This document shows positions 49,097-60,526 of a stretch of 64,000 nucleotides of DNA, in pieces. The notes under the pieces were generated by a model. It saw nothing but the letters and a program-made list of their open reading frames with translations. It was not told where the DNA came from and ran no database searches. Source of the DNA: Lingula anatina (Eukaryota > Animalia > Brachiopoda); assembly GCA_051362555.1 (NCBI GenBank), contig CM120645.1, forward strand, positions 1 to 64,000, in the 5' to 3' direction. Positions within the stretch are counted from its first letter, which is position 1, and the number at the start of each line of letters is the position of its first letter. Made by a program: the position numbers and the translations under genes.

Positions 49097-52000
49097 CTAA
49101 AACAGAGAGAAGACTTTCACTGTACTGAAAGCTACAGTACTGTAACATCTATACCAATTATTTATTACCAGGCAAACTACTTCACTGAACAGAAAGCTAC
49201 AGATATAACAATTACTTAGTACCAGGCAGGCACATTGATTTGTTGTATTTCTAAAATGTGGAACATCAGCTGTAAGAGATAATCATGGATTAAAGCAAAA
49301 TAAAACTGGTTTATATAAACACACACACACACACACACACACACATTCTATATTTCCACCTTTAAATCAGTACCTTTAATGGCAGACTCCATCCTCTCAA
49401 ACTCTACAAATATTCTAACTGCCTCATCCTCTGATGCTCCAGGCATCTAAAACAGAAAGAAATTCAAAAAATATTTTCATGCTACTAAATAATTAAGATA
49501 ATAATAAAAAAAACTACTGAAACCAAGTGTAAAACTAAATTGACTTTGCCATAAAAAAGAAGCATTTAGGTAAGAAACTGGTTTTTAGCCCAAGGAAAGT
49601 GTGAATTTAATAAATTATTGTTGCTTTGTTGCCATGAGCCCAAAAACTAGTACCTCAAAGATGACACATTTGATCACTTTCCCATACTTCCCACACTCGT
49701 CTGCAGTCTCAGGCTCCAGCTCCTCGTCTACCTCTCCTGGGCCCACCATGTTCTGCAACAACAAAAACAACAGTCACTTCTCCATGTACACCTACCATGA
49801 CACTTCTCCATGAACAACTACCATGACACTTCTCCATGAACAGTTACCATGACACTTCTCCATGTACAACTACCATGACACTTCTCCATGAACAGTTACC
49901 ATGACACTTCTCCATGTACAACTACCATGACACTTCTCTGACACTTACCATTCACCTAACAGTTACCATGACACTTCTCCATGAACAGTTACCATGACAT
50001 TTCCATTCCCGTGGCCACCACTTTGACAGAGACTGTCACAACTACAAATGTTTATTACTGACCTGTGTTACTCTTCACTACCATAAACTTTGACAGAGAC
50101 TGTCACAAGTACAAATGTTTATTACTGACCTGTGTTACTCTTCACTACCATAAACTTTGACAGAGACTGTCACAAGTACAAATGTTTATTACTGGCCTGT
50201 GTTACTCTTCACTACCATAAACTTTGACAGAGACTGTCACAACTACAAATGTTTATTACTGGCCTGTGTTACTCTTCACTACCATAAACTTTGACAGAGA
50301 CTGTCACAAGTACAAATGTTTATTACTGGCCTGTGCTGGCTCTTCACTACCATAAGGTGTCTACCAACTGATAGTTTAATAAAGCATTGAAATGCCAGAG
50401 ATTTATCACTTCTTTTTAAATAGAGTATTGCTCCCATTCATGACTCACCCGCAAGCAGATAACTTTGGAAGGATTTTTCAACAAATCTGTGGTAGTGACT
50501 CCAGGAATTTCAGCTCTGGCAGTTTCTGAGAGGGAAATAAGGAAAAAAGTTGAACTTGCATACGCATTTGGCAGGCTTTCTACAATATGTATTTATAGTA
50601 AACATGTAACTGAAAGATCTGAAGATTTGAAATTTGTCAGTATTTGAGGAAATAAAGTGAAAACAAGCAATTGTAACTGACCATGTATTATACTACCAGT
50701 ACAGCTACCTTTTGCAATGTCCTTTTCATGAATAATTTTCCCGCCTCTTTTGCTCGTCTTCTCCACCTGAAGAGCCATGCTCATTCCCTGCTCCGACTTG
50801 CCAAGACCAGAGCCTTCCTTGTAGCCCATCCTAGCCATGATCTTACTGGCTACAGAACCCCTGAAATCACAACAATAATACACTGACTCTTTAATGAACC
50901 TTTCTTAAGTATTCTATAAAAATAAACATTTAAAACAACTCTTACTGTAGTCTACAAATAAGCAGAAAAGATGGGTAGTGTGTGTACTTACGCCAAGCCA
51001 AAACTAAACCCTGGGGTTGGTCTGGGAGGTGTGCCTGACCCTGGGGAGTCAATAAAAACAAAATTAATCATTGTATCACTTCAATCTCCTTTGACAATTA
51101 AGAATGCTTTAACGACAATAAAAAATGCGGGGTTGAACTTATCCCTTTTGTCTATTCTACATTTTAAGTAGGGAACAAAACAGAAACTACACAATTTATG
51201 AACAATGTTAAAGTTTGTACCCTAAACTAAACAAAAACAATTGTATTAAAAATAATAATAATTTAACTAATTTTAAAGATTGTGCATCCCAATTTAATAT
51301 GATTTAATATGATTTTAAAACTTCTTGTTCAACAACCATAAAAGATTTGATATACCATAAGCACATTGATGGTCATTAATCAAGAGTGCTTTATTTTGCT
51401 AAAGAAATCATCACATCCTTTCATAAAAGAGGAAAAATGTGGCCTACAGAAAAGTGAAGGCTGAAAGTTGAGAACAAATGTTATTTGATCATCAGTAGAG
51501 CTCAGGTAGACCTTCAAATTTATTAAACATATTTCATAACAAATGTTATTTCATCATCAGTAGAGCTGAGGTAGACCTTCAAATTTATTAAACATATTTT
51601 ATAACAAAGTAAGCAAGGTGACGCAAGAAAACAGGAAACCCCTGTAATACCTACATAAGCACCAGTAATACCACATTTTCAAAGAAAGTAAATGTGTACC
51701 TTGTTCTTCCTGCAGAGGTGGCGCCACGTCCTCTTCAATCAATGCCTGGGGAGGGGCGATAGCTGCACCCATGCCTAGAATCATAAAATAACACTTAACA
51801 TACTATATACACTACCAACTAGCTAGCATATGAACACCATTCTTTGATGCCAGATCAAGTATTTAACCCCTGCTTCAACCCCTAAGTTCCAAGCAGAGAG
51901 AGAGAGAGAGAGAGAGACAGAGACAGCAGGTGCTCTTTATGAAGGACTAGTATAAAGGGAGCATTGACATGGCTATAAATACCTGTTCTCTTAGGTCTGT

Positions 52001-55000
52001 CGTACTGGTCATCATCTCCACCTCCTGCCCCGCCCCCTGCCCCGCCCCCTTCCATGTCGTCATCTCTCCTCCTGCGCCTCCTTTCTTCTTCCTCTTCCAC
52101 ATCATAACCCAGCTCTTTGTGTCGTTCTCTTCTCCTCCTTTACAAAAAATATAAGCCACAGGTTACTAACACTGTATGTGAATCAAAACAAACCACATGA
52201 TACATAAAAAAAAAGAAAAAAAAACATATCATGCAGAATACAGGGTAAAAAAGATGAATTTCCAAGATCTGAGATTGCATGACCAACTATGTGTAAAAAT
52301 GACCTATGTCATACATTTTATCAAACAAGCTGTTCTCTGCAGCTATTCCTTCAATATGAAAGCTACTGTGTTAGCTAGATTACCTGAGTGAAATTACAGG
52401 GTGGTCCATAAAAAAACCACCCATTTTACTTTCCTGTATAATAGTATTTACATATGTAGTCTTTTAAGGACCACCCTGTATATAAGGATCACATTACAAT
52501 ATAAACACTTTGATCTTCACTATTTTTTTCTACATAGTTTCCATGGTCTTTAAAGGAGAGTCTCTTTACTTTTAATTGAAAGCCATATGAACATTAACAG
52601 CCCATGAAAATATTTTTCAGCAACCTCTCTCTCTCCTCCATTTCTTTTTTCTTCTCATCGTCTCTTTCACGCTGTTTCTGTTGTTTTCTTTTCTTGACAT
52701 AGTCCTCATAGTCATTTGGTCTGCGAGGGTCATACTCATCCTGTACTCCAAGAAAAGAAGAGGTTGGCTCAGCACCAATGAAAGGTGCTGTTGCTGCAGG
52801 GGCTGATGGGATTGGGCCTGAAGCTCCGCCAGATTTTCTCTCACGCTGAAAACCAATAGTACAGCTATATCAATTCAAAAACACAATTTCAAAATAAATT
52901 TTAATCTTTCTTACAGCAGTAAATACATGCAAATCTCACACATAGTATAAAGGTTTTTACAACATGACTATATGTTTATCCATATGTTTATGTTTATCCA
53001 TATTGACACCAGGGAATTGACCCCAGGAGCTAACCCCAGGGAGTTGACCCCAGGGTGCTGACTCCAGGAAATTGACCCCAGGGAGTTGTCCCCAGGATTT
53101 GACCCCAGGGAGTTGACCCCTGGGAGTTGACCTCAGGGTGCAGACCCCAGGATTTGATACTCAGACCCTTACCTTTCCTGTCTGCATGTTGAAGTGCAGT
53201 TCCTCAGATGTAGCACTCCTCTTTGGTTTCAAGTCAATGACAGGAGCTAGTGAGGGCCCTGCTTGCCTTTTCTGGAGTGTATAAATAACAACCATCACAT
53301 ATATGTTAAAACAGTCTTAAAGAACTAGAATTCTGTCTTCATCCACAGGAGCTAGTGAGGGCCCTGCTTGTCTTTTCTGGAGTGTATAAATAACAACCAT
53401 CACATATATGTTAAAACAGTCTTAAAGAACTAGTATTCTGTCTTCATCCACAGGAGCTAGTGAGGGCCCTGCTTGCCTTTTCTGGAGTGTATAAATAACA
53501 ACCATCACATATATGTTAAAACAGTCTTAAAGAACTAGTATTAAGTCTTCATCCACAGGCGCTAGTGAGGGCCCTGCTTGCCTTTTCTGGAGTGTATAAA
53601 TAACAACCATCACATATATGTTAAAACAGTCTTAAAGAACTAGAATTCTGTCTTCATCCACAGGAGCTAGTGAGGGCCCTGTTTGTCTTTTCTGGAGTGT
53701 ATAAATAACAACCATCACATATATGTTAAAACAGTCTTAAAGAACTAGTATTCTGTCTTCATCCACAGGAGCTAGTGAGGGCCCTGCTTGCCTTTTCTGG
53801 AGTGTATAAATAACAACCATCACATATATGTTAAAACAGTCTTAAAGAACTAGTATTAAGTCTTCATCCACAGGCGCTAGTGAGGGCCCTGCTTGCCTTT
53901 TCTGGAGTGTATAAATAACAACCATCACATATATGTTAAAACAGTCTTAAAGAACTAGTATTCTGTCTTCATCCACAGGCGCTAGTGAAGGCCCTGCTTG
54001 CCTTTTCTGGAGTGTATAAATAACAACCAACACATATATGTTAAAACAGTCTTAAAGAACTAGTATTAAGTCTTCATCCACAGGAGCTAGTGAGGGCCCA
54101 GCTTGCCTTTTCTGGAGTGTATAAATAACAACCATCACATATATGTTAAAACAGTCTTAAAGAACTAGTATTAAGTCTTCATCCACAGGCGCTAGTGAGG
54201 GCCCTGCTTGCCTTTTCTGAAGTGTATAAATAACAACCATCACATATATGTTAAAACAGTCTTAAAGAACTAGTATTAAGTCTTCATCCACAGGAGCTAG
54301 TGAGGGCCCTGCTTGTCTTTTCTGGAGTATAACAACCATCACATATATGTTAAAACAGTCTTAAAGAACTAGTAGTCTGTTTACAATCACAGCGATTGCC
54401 AGCTTGTCTTTTCCAAATTTTAAGAGAGGGTAACAATACTCAAGTAATCAACAGTTTATCGATGTGTAAAAAGCTTTACCTTAGTCTGGAGCAGGTTAGC
54501 CTTTTTAGCCTGGAGTTGGGAATGTAGAAGTTTGAAACCAGAAGACCATCCAGCTGAAAGTTGAGCAACACTTATCAATATCAATGTTAAAGTCACTATT
54601 TGCTGCTCTCCAGAGTAAAAATATTTTCTTTGTCAATGTAATCTAGGTATTAGCAGCTTACTAGAATAAAATGCCTGCAAATGAGTATCAAGGCTTCATC
54701 TTGCTTGGAAACAAACATGGGAAAACTTTGGAGATACTGAAAGACTAAAGGATCTACACTACAAGAAATCTGCAGGTCCTCCCAATTTTGTGCTTGTCTG
54801 AACTAAGTATTTTATTTCCCTTAGTCTATGCCTAAATGTGATTTATCATTATGTATTGTATTTTCAAATAACCCTTGCTTGCCAGTCCAGACGACCTGCA
54901 ATATCAAATAACACGCAAATTATCTGGCATTTCAAGGAGTCAGTTTCTCCATCTCTGTAAAAGTGGAGAAACTGGCATGGGCTGAGACGTTTGGGACTCA

Positions 55001-55218
55001 AAGTCCAAGCTTATGCAGGCATAATACTTCAAAACAAAATCTGGTTTGGTTTATACATTGTTATCAAGACTCACCAATATCTGGTTTGGTTTATACATTG
55101 TTATCAAGACTCACCAATATCTGGTTTGGTTTATACATTGTTATCAAGACTCACCAATATCTGGTTTGGTCTCCTTTCCTCTCCCTGCATCAACATCCAA
55201 GTCATCATACAGGGACAT
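48981..55218 (-). CDS. RBM17: Splicing factor 45 (SPF45/RBM17; G-patch plus UHM), 417 aa, 12 coding exons
   Basis: Exons 55218-55155, 54553-54480, 53271-53173, 52845-52625, 52137-51983, 51774-51700, 51040-50992, 50860-50709, 50525-50449, 49752-49654, 49446-49374 and 49096-48981 sum to 1254 nt in consistent phase. Motifs MSLYDDL, LAPVIDLK, DEYDPRRPNDYE, GAAIAPP, G-patch KIMARMGYKEGSGLGKSEQG and UHM NMVGPGEVD...LNGRYFGGR. Confidence 0.96.
49374..49446 (-). CDS. RBM17: RBM17 coding exon 11
   Basis: MPGASEDEAVRIFVEFERMESAIK. Confidence 0.93.
49654..49752 (-). CDS. RBM17: RBM17 coding exon 10
   Basis: NMVGPGEVDEELEPETADECGKYGKVIKCVIFE. Confidence 0.93.
49773..50000. repeat. ~27-bp minisatellite, ~8 copies
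   Basis: Unit taccatgacacttctccatg(a/t)aca(g/a)(t/c). Confidence 0.9.
50020..50355. repeat. ~67-bp minisatellite x5
   Basis: Unit actttgacagagactgtcacaagtacaaatgtttattactg(a/g)cctgtgttactcttcactaccataa. Confidence 0.93.
50449..50525 (-). CDS. RBM17: RBM17 coding exon 9
   Basis: TARAEIPGVTTTDLLKNPSKVICLR. Confidence 0.9.
50709..50860 (-). CDS. RBM17: RBM17 coding exon 8 (G-patch)
   Basis: GSVASKIMARMGYKEGSGLGKSEQGMSMALQVEKTSKRGGKIIHEKD. Confidence 0.93.
50992..51040 (-). CDS. RBM17: RBM17 coding exon 7
   Basis: SGTPPRPTPGFSFGL; phases fit both neighbours. Confidence 0.8.
51700..51774 (-). CDS. RBM17: RBM17 coding exon 6
   Basis: MGAAIAPPQALIEEDVAPPLQEEQ. Confidence 0.9.
51983..52137 (-). 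CDS. RBM17: RBM17 coding exon 5
   Basis: RRRERHKELGYDVEEEEERRRRRRDDDMEGGG...RPKRT; acceptor is aag. Confidence 0.85.
52397..52478. mobile_element. 82-bp Tc1/mariner-type MITE
   Basis: TA|CAGGGTGGTCC...GGACCACCCTG|TA. Confidence 0.75.
52625..52845 (-). CDS. RBM17: RBM17 coding exon 4
   Basis: ...VQDEYDPRRPNDYEDYVKKRKQQKQRE... Confidence 0.92.
53173..53271 (-). CDS. RBM17: RBM17 coding exon 3 (starts in the last unit of the 105-bp array)
   Basis: KRQAGPSLAPVIDLKPKRSATSEELHFNMQTGK. Confidence 0.9.
53240..54380 (-). repeat. 105-bp tandem repeat x11: RBM17 exon-3 acceptor region plus the first 32 exon nt
   Basis: Units start every 105 bp from 53240 to 54290; on - each reads ...tatacactccag|AAAAGGCAAGCAGGGCCCTCACTAGCTCCTGT. 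Confidence 0.97.
54480..54553 (-). CDS. RBM17: RBM17 coding exon 2
   Basis: GWSSGFKLLHSQLQAKKANLLQTK. Confidence 0.92.
55039..55170 (-). repeat. 40-bp tandem repeat x3 spanning the donor of RBM17 coding exon 1
   Basis: On -: ACCAAACCAGATATTG|gtgagtcttgataacaatgtataa repeated three times. Confidence 0.93.
55155..55218 (-). CDS. RBM17: RBM17 coding exon 1
   Basis: MSLYDDLDVDAGRGKETKPDI; gtgagt donor. An acceptor at 55228-55230 implies an upstream non-coding exon. Confidence 0.92.
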
Positions 55219-55864
55219 ACTTTCAACCTGAAGACATGAATAAATTCAGTTTCAAAGGAGCATCATTTTAAAGTTATTTACACCTGTATGTTTCATGTGT
55301 TGGAAACAAAAGCACAAATATAATGTAAATAGTCATAACCCAAATGCCCTGGACCATGTGTACTGGACATTGATTGTGGCATGAACCCTGAGTTCAACCA
55401 CACTTGACAGGTCAATGAACCACAAGTCTACCAAAATGCCAAATAAAGTAAAAAAAAAATTAAACAATTAATCAAATTGCCATTTCATATTCATACACAC
55501 ATACTGTACAATTAAGCTTAGTTCAAAAATACACACACACACATTTATATATATATTATATTTGGCGATTTTATTAAAGTCGTAAAATTAAGTATATCTC
55601 ACTGATTTTTATCTTGTGTTTAGCAACATAGAAGACTGAAATAATTTCCTCTGTCTGTAGGGTTCAATGACCGATCAAGGTGACATCAGAATGAGTGTTC
55701 AACATAGAAACAGTCGGCCATATACATGTACACCATTCAACTTCAAGTTCAACTGCAATTTTGTCCACTTCCAACGCATTTTAATACTGGGTCTGCAAAG
55801 TGCATAATCCTGGGTGGTGTATCTACATATTCTAAAAGTAAGGCAACAGACACGTATTTCTTAC

Positions 55865-55952
55865 CTCGACCAAATACCTGGGTCAAACTGTCTCGTAAAC
55901 GATTGCTACTTTCACATGCCGGATACCGGAAGCATGTGCCTGCGCGCGCACT
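55865..55952 (-). promoter_or_regulatory. Putative RBM17 promoter and non-coding first exon
   Basis: Donor-like GAG|gtaaga at 55865/55864; ETS-like CCGGAAG and NRF1-like tgcgcgcgca just upstream. Inference only. Confidence 0.45.
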
Positions 55953-58112
55953 TTGTTCATCAAAGACTGGCCACTCTCTGTTACACTTCATACTCTTGAT
56001 ACTAACTTTCAATATAATGAATAGATATTACAATATAAAAAGTTGCTCCAAACACGTTTAATTATGTCAGTAATATTGCCATGTATTTGGTTTATTCAGC
56101 TGGGAGAAACTAACGATGGGCCTGTCTTGTATAGTGACTGCCCAACCTCAGAGATTCCCAGTTGTTAGAAGTATACTGTTATATATAACATGTTGAGTTA
56201 GTCAGAACTGGAAGGAACAAAAGGCAGAGGATAAATACAATCATTTTTCACTCCCTTCAACTCTGCCATTTGCCGAAAACATTTTTCACAGACGATGAAC
56301 ACAGCAAGAGCAATTTAAAAACTTGTAATTCAAATAAAAACTACACTCAAAAATGTTTTTGAGCTAATAATATGAAATGAACCTAGCAGATAAACTACAA
56401 TTTGTAAGATAAACAGTCATTTTTCTATTATCATATTGATAATAATTATAACGAAATAAATATAATATTAGGATCAAAACAACAAACTCTTTATCCTATA
56501 TTTACATAATTGTAATGCCAATTTTATTGCAAGAACAATAACCTGAATAACATCATTGAACATAATTACTTGAAATATTACAAGTTGGTAATGTTAATCC
56601 ATATGCAGTACTAAAATAGTTAAATTATATGAGGACAAAGAAGCAAACTTCTTTGGAAAAAAATTACACTACTTCAACCTACGGTTGGTATCATTTCATA
56701 ATAGAGAAATCACAAATAACCAATAAATAGAACATTAACATTATTCAACCTTCATACAAAATTTAACTATTTTCATATAATACAAAAATAGCCTTATAAT
56801 TTCCTTACTTAATACCACATCCTCTCTGCCATGCTTGATCTTGCCCTTAATTGTTGGCAATATTGGTCATCTTAATTCATAAATGACAAGCTAAATCTGG
56901 ACTATTGTCATGATGTCTGGCAGTGGTTCTGCTTTCTAGGACATAAACTATGGGTAAAGCAAGCTTGACCATTTCATAGAGTGCCATAGAACAGAAGTCA
57001 TCTGTCATGTCCAAGAAGCAGGACTTAGATAACATTTCATCCTCTATGCTCTGGGATGCCAGTGAAAATATTTTTGAAGTAACAGCATTTCTTCAAGGAA
57101 TCAACTTAAACAAAAAACAAAACAGCTGTTCCAAAATGGAACACAACAGTTTGATAAAACTCAGTAAATTTTGTAATGTAGTGTATTCAATCCAAAAGTA
57201 CTCTGCATACAATCAATAATAAACCTCAATGGAAAAATATAGCTGCCTTTTCAACAAGTATATTCCATTGGGGAAAACATGTATGATAATTTAAAATCAC
57301 ATGTGGACAAAACAGATGCAAAAGCAACTCATGCAATGCTTTCTCCATACAGTGATCTTTTTAAATCAGTCCTGAACATAGAAATATATCTTATACTGTA
57401 TTCTTTTCACTGCAAGGACCAGTCACATAGATATTTTGTACACTAACTGCTTCAGGTACATAAGTCATGTACTGCAGTGTAGCATTTAAAATGTTTTTCC
57501 TGCTAGCTAAACTCAAATTAAGTAAAATTCACAGCATAATGTCTGGTTTATAATACCTTGAGCTTCTGAGCTAACTTTAATCTAACATCACTGAGGCTCA
57601 GATATGACAAGTCTCATGCACCTGCCACTGGAGCAGCTAACTTTAATCTTACATCACTGAGACCCAAACAAGTCTGCAAATGTGAACCTGAAGCTGGCCA
57701 GTAATGTCTCAGAAACACAACCCAGGGTTATAAATAATACAAAAGAGCTAAAAACAATTGTCTATAATAATTTAAAAAATACAAATAATTGGGGCGTTAT
57801 AATTACTAATATGTACAATCTCAAAATACAGGATGAACAAAACAATGGAGCAATAAAAAGTATTTACATTTCTTATTAAATAATTATATATAATCACACA
57901 AAGAGCTTCAGACCACTTTCTTCAGGTACTCAAAGTATATGCTTCTATCTAAAGTTTTCTTCACAATCACCCCAGTATTAATGACAGCATCTCAGCAGGG
58001 ACATCAGATGCCACACAAATTCTGATAATACTATTTCCCCATCTGATCACTTTTAACGTCTGCAGGAACTTCACCACTTCGCTGTATGGCCCGTCTTGAA
58101 ATGGTGGTCCAC

Positions 58113-58236
58113 CTATACCTCTGCAGTACATTCACGGGCAAAGTGACCATAACCTTCACACTTGCGGCACTGGACATCCCTCTTGGCATCTGAGGCACCG
58201 GGACAGTCCCTGGAATAGTGACCGGCCTCTCCACAC
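58113..58236 (-). CDS. CNBP: CNBP-like coding exon 4
   Basis: [40 protein letters not shown]. Confidence 0.85.
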
Positions 58237-60526
58237 CTAGAAGGATGATTTTTGGTGATGAAAATACTTCAAAACATGGACTATCTACACCTAAGAGGAT
58301 GAAAAATGGCGATGAACATACTTCAGAATATGCATTCTCCACACCCAAGACAAGAGGGTGAATAATAGGGATGAAAATATCTAAAAAAAACTATTAGTTG
58401 CCTGCCATTGTATTGGCTCAATCAATGTAATACATTTAGAAATAAGCAGAAGATCTTACGTGTAACAGGTGTCACCACCACCCCCTCCACTGGGGCAGTC
58501 ACGGGCAAAGTGACCATTATTGCCACAGTTGTAACATTTGCTGCTCCTCCTTCCAGTGCTGCCTTCATACTGGGCCTCGGGGCAATCCCGTGCCATGTGG
58601 CCCTCTTGCTGACAGTTGTAGCATCGGGCCCCGCCAGTGTCGCTGTGGGCCTCGGGACAATCACGAGCAATGTGGCCCTCTTGCTGGCATTTATAGCAGG
58701 TCTTACTGCCCTCTGGTGGGGCGTCGGGGCAGTCTCGCTTCAGGTGACCACTTTTTCCACAAGTGTAGCAGGCACCTGTAAAGATACAATCCATGATTTT
58801 AACATAAACACACAATCATTTCTAAACTAATACGCTTTAAACTGTATCAAGAAGTAGAGTAGAATCTGTGTTCTTCATAAGCAAGACTGAGCTAAATGAC
58901 ATAAATTTCCTCATGGAGTATAAGCTGGGCAATCAGGCAGTTAATATGGGAGAAATTATCTATGTGTGCATAAGTGTATGTGTGCATGTGTGAAGTGTAT
59001 GTGTGCATGTGTGAAGTGTGTGTGTGCATGTGTGAAGTGTGTGTGTGCATGTGTGAAGTGTATGTGTGCATGTGTGAAGTGTGTGTGTGCATGTGTGAAG
59101 TGTGTGTGTGCATGTGTGAAGTGTGTGTGTGCATGTGTGAAGTGTATGTGTGCATGTGTGAAGTGTATGTGTGCATGTGTGAAGTGTGTGTATAAGTGTA
59201 TGTGTGCACGCGTGTTTGTGCAGTGAGTGTGTGTATAAATGTGTGTGTGCATATGTGTGTGTTTGTGCGAAGTGTGTGTGTGCATGTGTGTGTTTTTGCG
59301 AAGTGTGTGCGTGTGTGACACTGAAAGTGCAGTTGGACAAACACTTCTGCTGCATATACCCTTTGTTATCAATATCAATAATTTCCAAGATAAATAAGTC
59401 AATAGTTTCTAAAGAAAATAACTGGATGTGTAATTTCTTACATACATCTTCTACATCTTCAAGAGGATTTAATACCAACCATCACAACATAAATCAGTTA
59501 TGAGATCAAGACCCACTGTCAACACTACACCAGGGGCATCTCACAACTCATTTTATTAATATTTTCCTGATGTGCTAAAATCATCTGGATTAAGTTTAAA
59601 TACCAAAAAGAAGAAGATTATCATCAGTGGTCAAATAATTTATTTCATGTTAACAAGAGATCAACAAACCTGACTCAATTTCTTTGGGGCAGTCCTTAGC
59701 GATATGGCCTAGCTGGTTACACTTATAGCAGCGGTCCGACTCCTCTCTGCACTCGTAGGCATAATGACCATAGCTGTTACAGCGGTAACACTTCTCTAGA
59801 ACAGGTAGAGGGGGGAGGTTTACTTAACTGAGACAGTTTTCAGCTTGAAGATCCTTTTTAGAGTGGATTTAGAACAGATGATCTGCTGACTTACTGATCT
59901 GAGGAGTAAGTACGGCTGACCCCACATGAAAGGAAGCTGCTTAATCTACAATGGTCTCACTGCCTCCAAACATGCCATTAATGGATTAAATCTCAGCTCC
60001 ACGGTTTAATTGCCAGGCCCCTGCTGGGACGACGTGTGTGGAGGCGGGGAGACCATCAGGGGATATTATAAGCAGCTACTATAGTACCCTTTATGTGGGG
60101 TTGGCCATATTTAGTCTGCGGATCATCTATTCTGAATGCGGTCTAAGACTTAATCTTCTTTTAAAACCATTTCCAGAAACAAAGTAAAAAGTTGCCCTCT
60201 CATAATGGTGTGACTTAAAACAGTTGTATTTTTTTTTTTTTTTGTATTCCTACTTCATCATTTCCTACAGTCACAAAACTAGTAAAAGATTGACTTTTTT
60301 ACATGCATCTGAATGTCAATTTCAGCTTTTCATACAAATTATGGAAATGAATGTGAGTTAGTTGTGATCTGCTGGTCTTACCCCCACGTCGCCCTCCAAA
60401 GCCCCCTCTTCTACCACGTCCTCTCCCGCTAAAGGTACGACCACCACCTCCGCGCCCGCCACCTTCATTCCCACACTCCCTTGCAAAGTGGCCAGGTCGT
60501 CCACATTTGTAACATACATTTGACAT
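58113..60526 (-). CDS. CNBP: CNBP/ZNF9-like CCHC zinc-knuckle nucleic-acid-binding protein, 236 aa, 9 knuckles plus an RGG region
   Basis: Exons 60526-60382, 59795-59670, 58775-58460 and 58236-58113 sum to 711 nt in phase. [18 protein letters not shown], an RG-rich linker, then eight more CX2CX4HX4C motifs. Orthology is inferred from this architecture. Confidence 0.88.
58228..58350 (-). repeat. Degenerate ~54-bp repeat (~2.3 copies) spanning the CNBP last acceptor
   Basis: tcatccttctag|GTGTGGAGA (true site), tcatcctcttag|GTGTAGATA and ...cttgg GTGTGGAGA at ~54-bp spacing. Confidence 0.7.
58460..58775 (-). CDS. CNBP: CNBP-like coding exon 3
   Basis: Four complete knuckles, [15 protein letters not shown]...[14 protein letters not shown]. 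Confidence 0.92.
58962..59318. repeat. TG-rich 21-bp minisatellite / degenerate microsatellite
   Basis: Unit gtgcatgtgtgaagtgt(a/g)tgt. Confidence 0.93.
59670..59795 (-). CDS. CNBP: CNBP-like coding exon 2
   Basis: [41 protein letters not shown]. Confidence 0.92.
59859..60147. mobile_element. Palindromic MITE, family B (copy 2)
   Basis: Inverted arms ttagagtggatttagaacagatgatctgc.gact / agtctgcggatcatctattctgaatgcggtctaa; similar to 10014-10420. Confidence 0.7.
60382..60526 (-). CDS. CNBP: CNBP-like coding exon 1
   Basis: [48 protein letters not shown]. Confidence 0.92.

Noticed and set aside
58408-58830. 140-aa + strand ORF
   Set aside because: Antisense shadow of the CNBP-like exon.
58962-59318. 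Analogy of the TG-rich intronic repeat to the human CNBP (myotonic dystrophy type 2) repeat
   Set aside because: Different intron, CA-rich on the sense strand and no CCTG; no homology.
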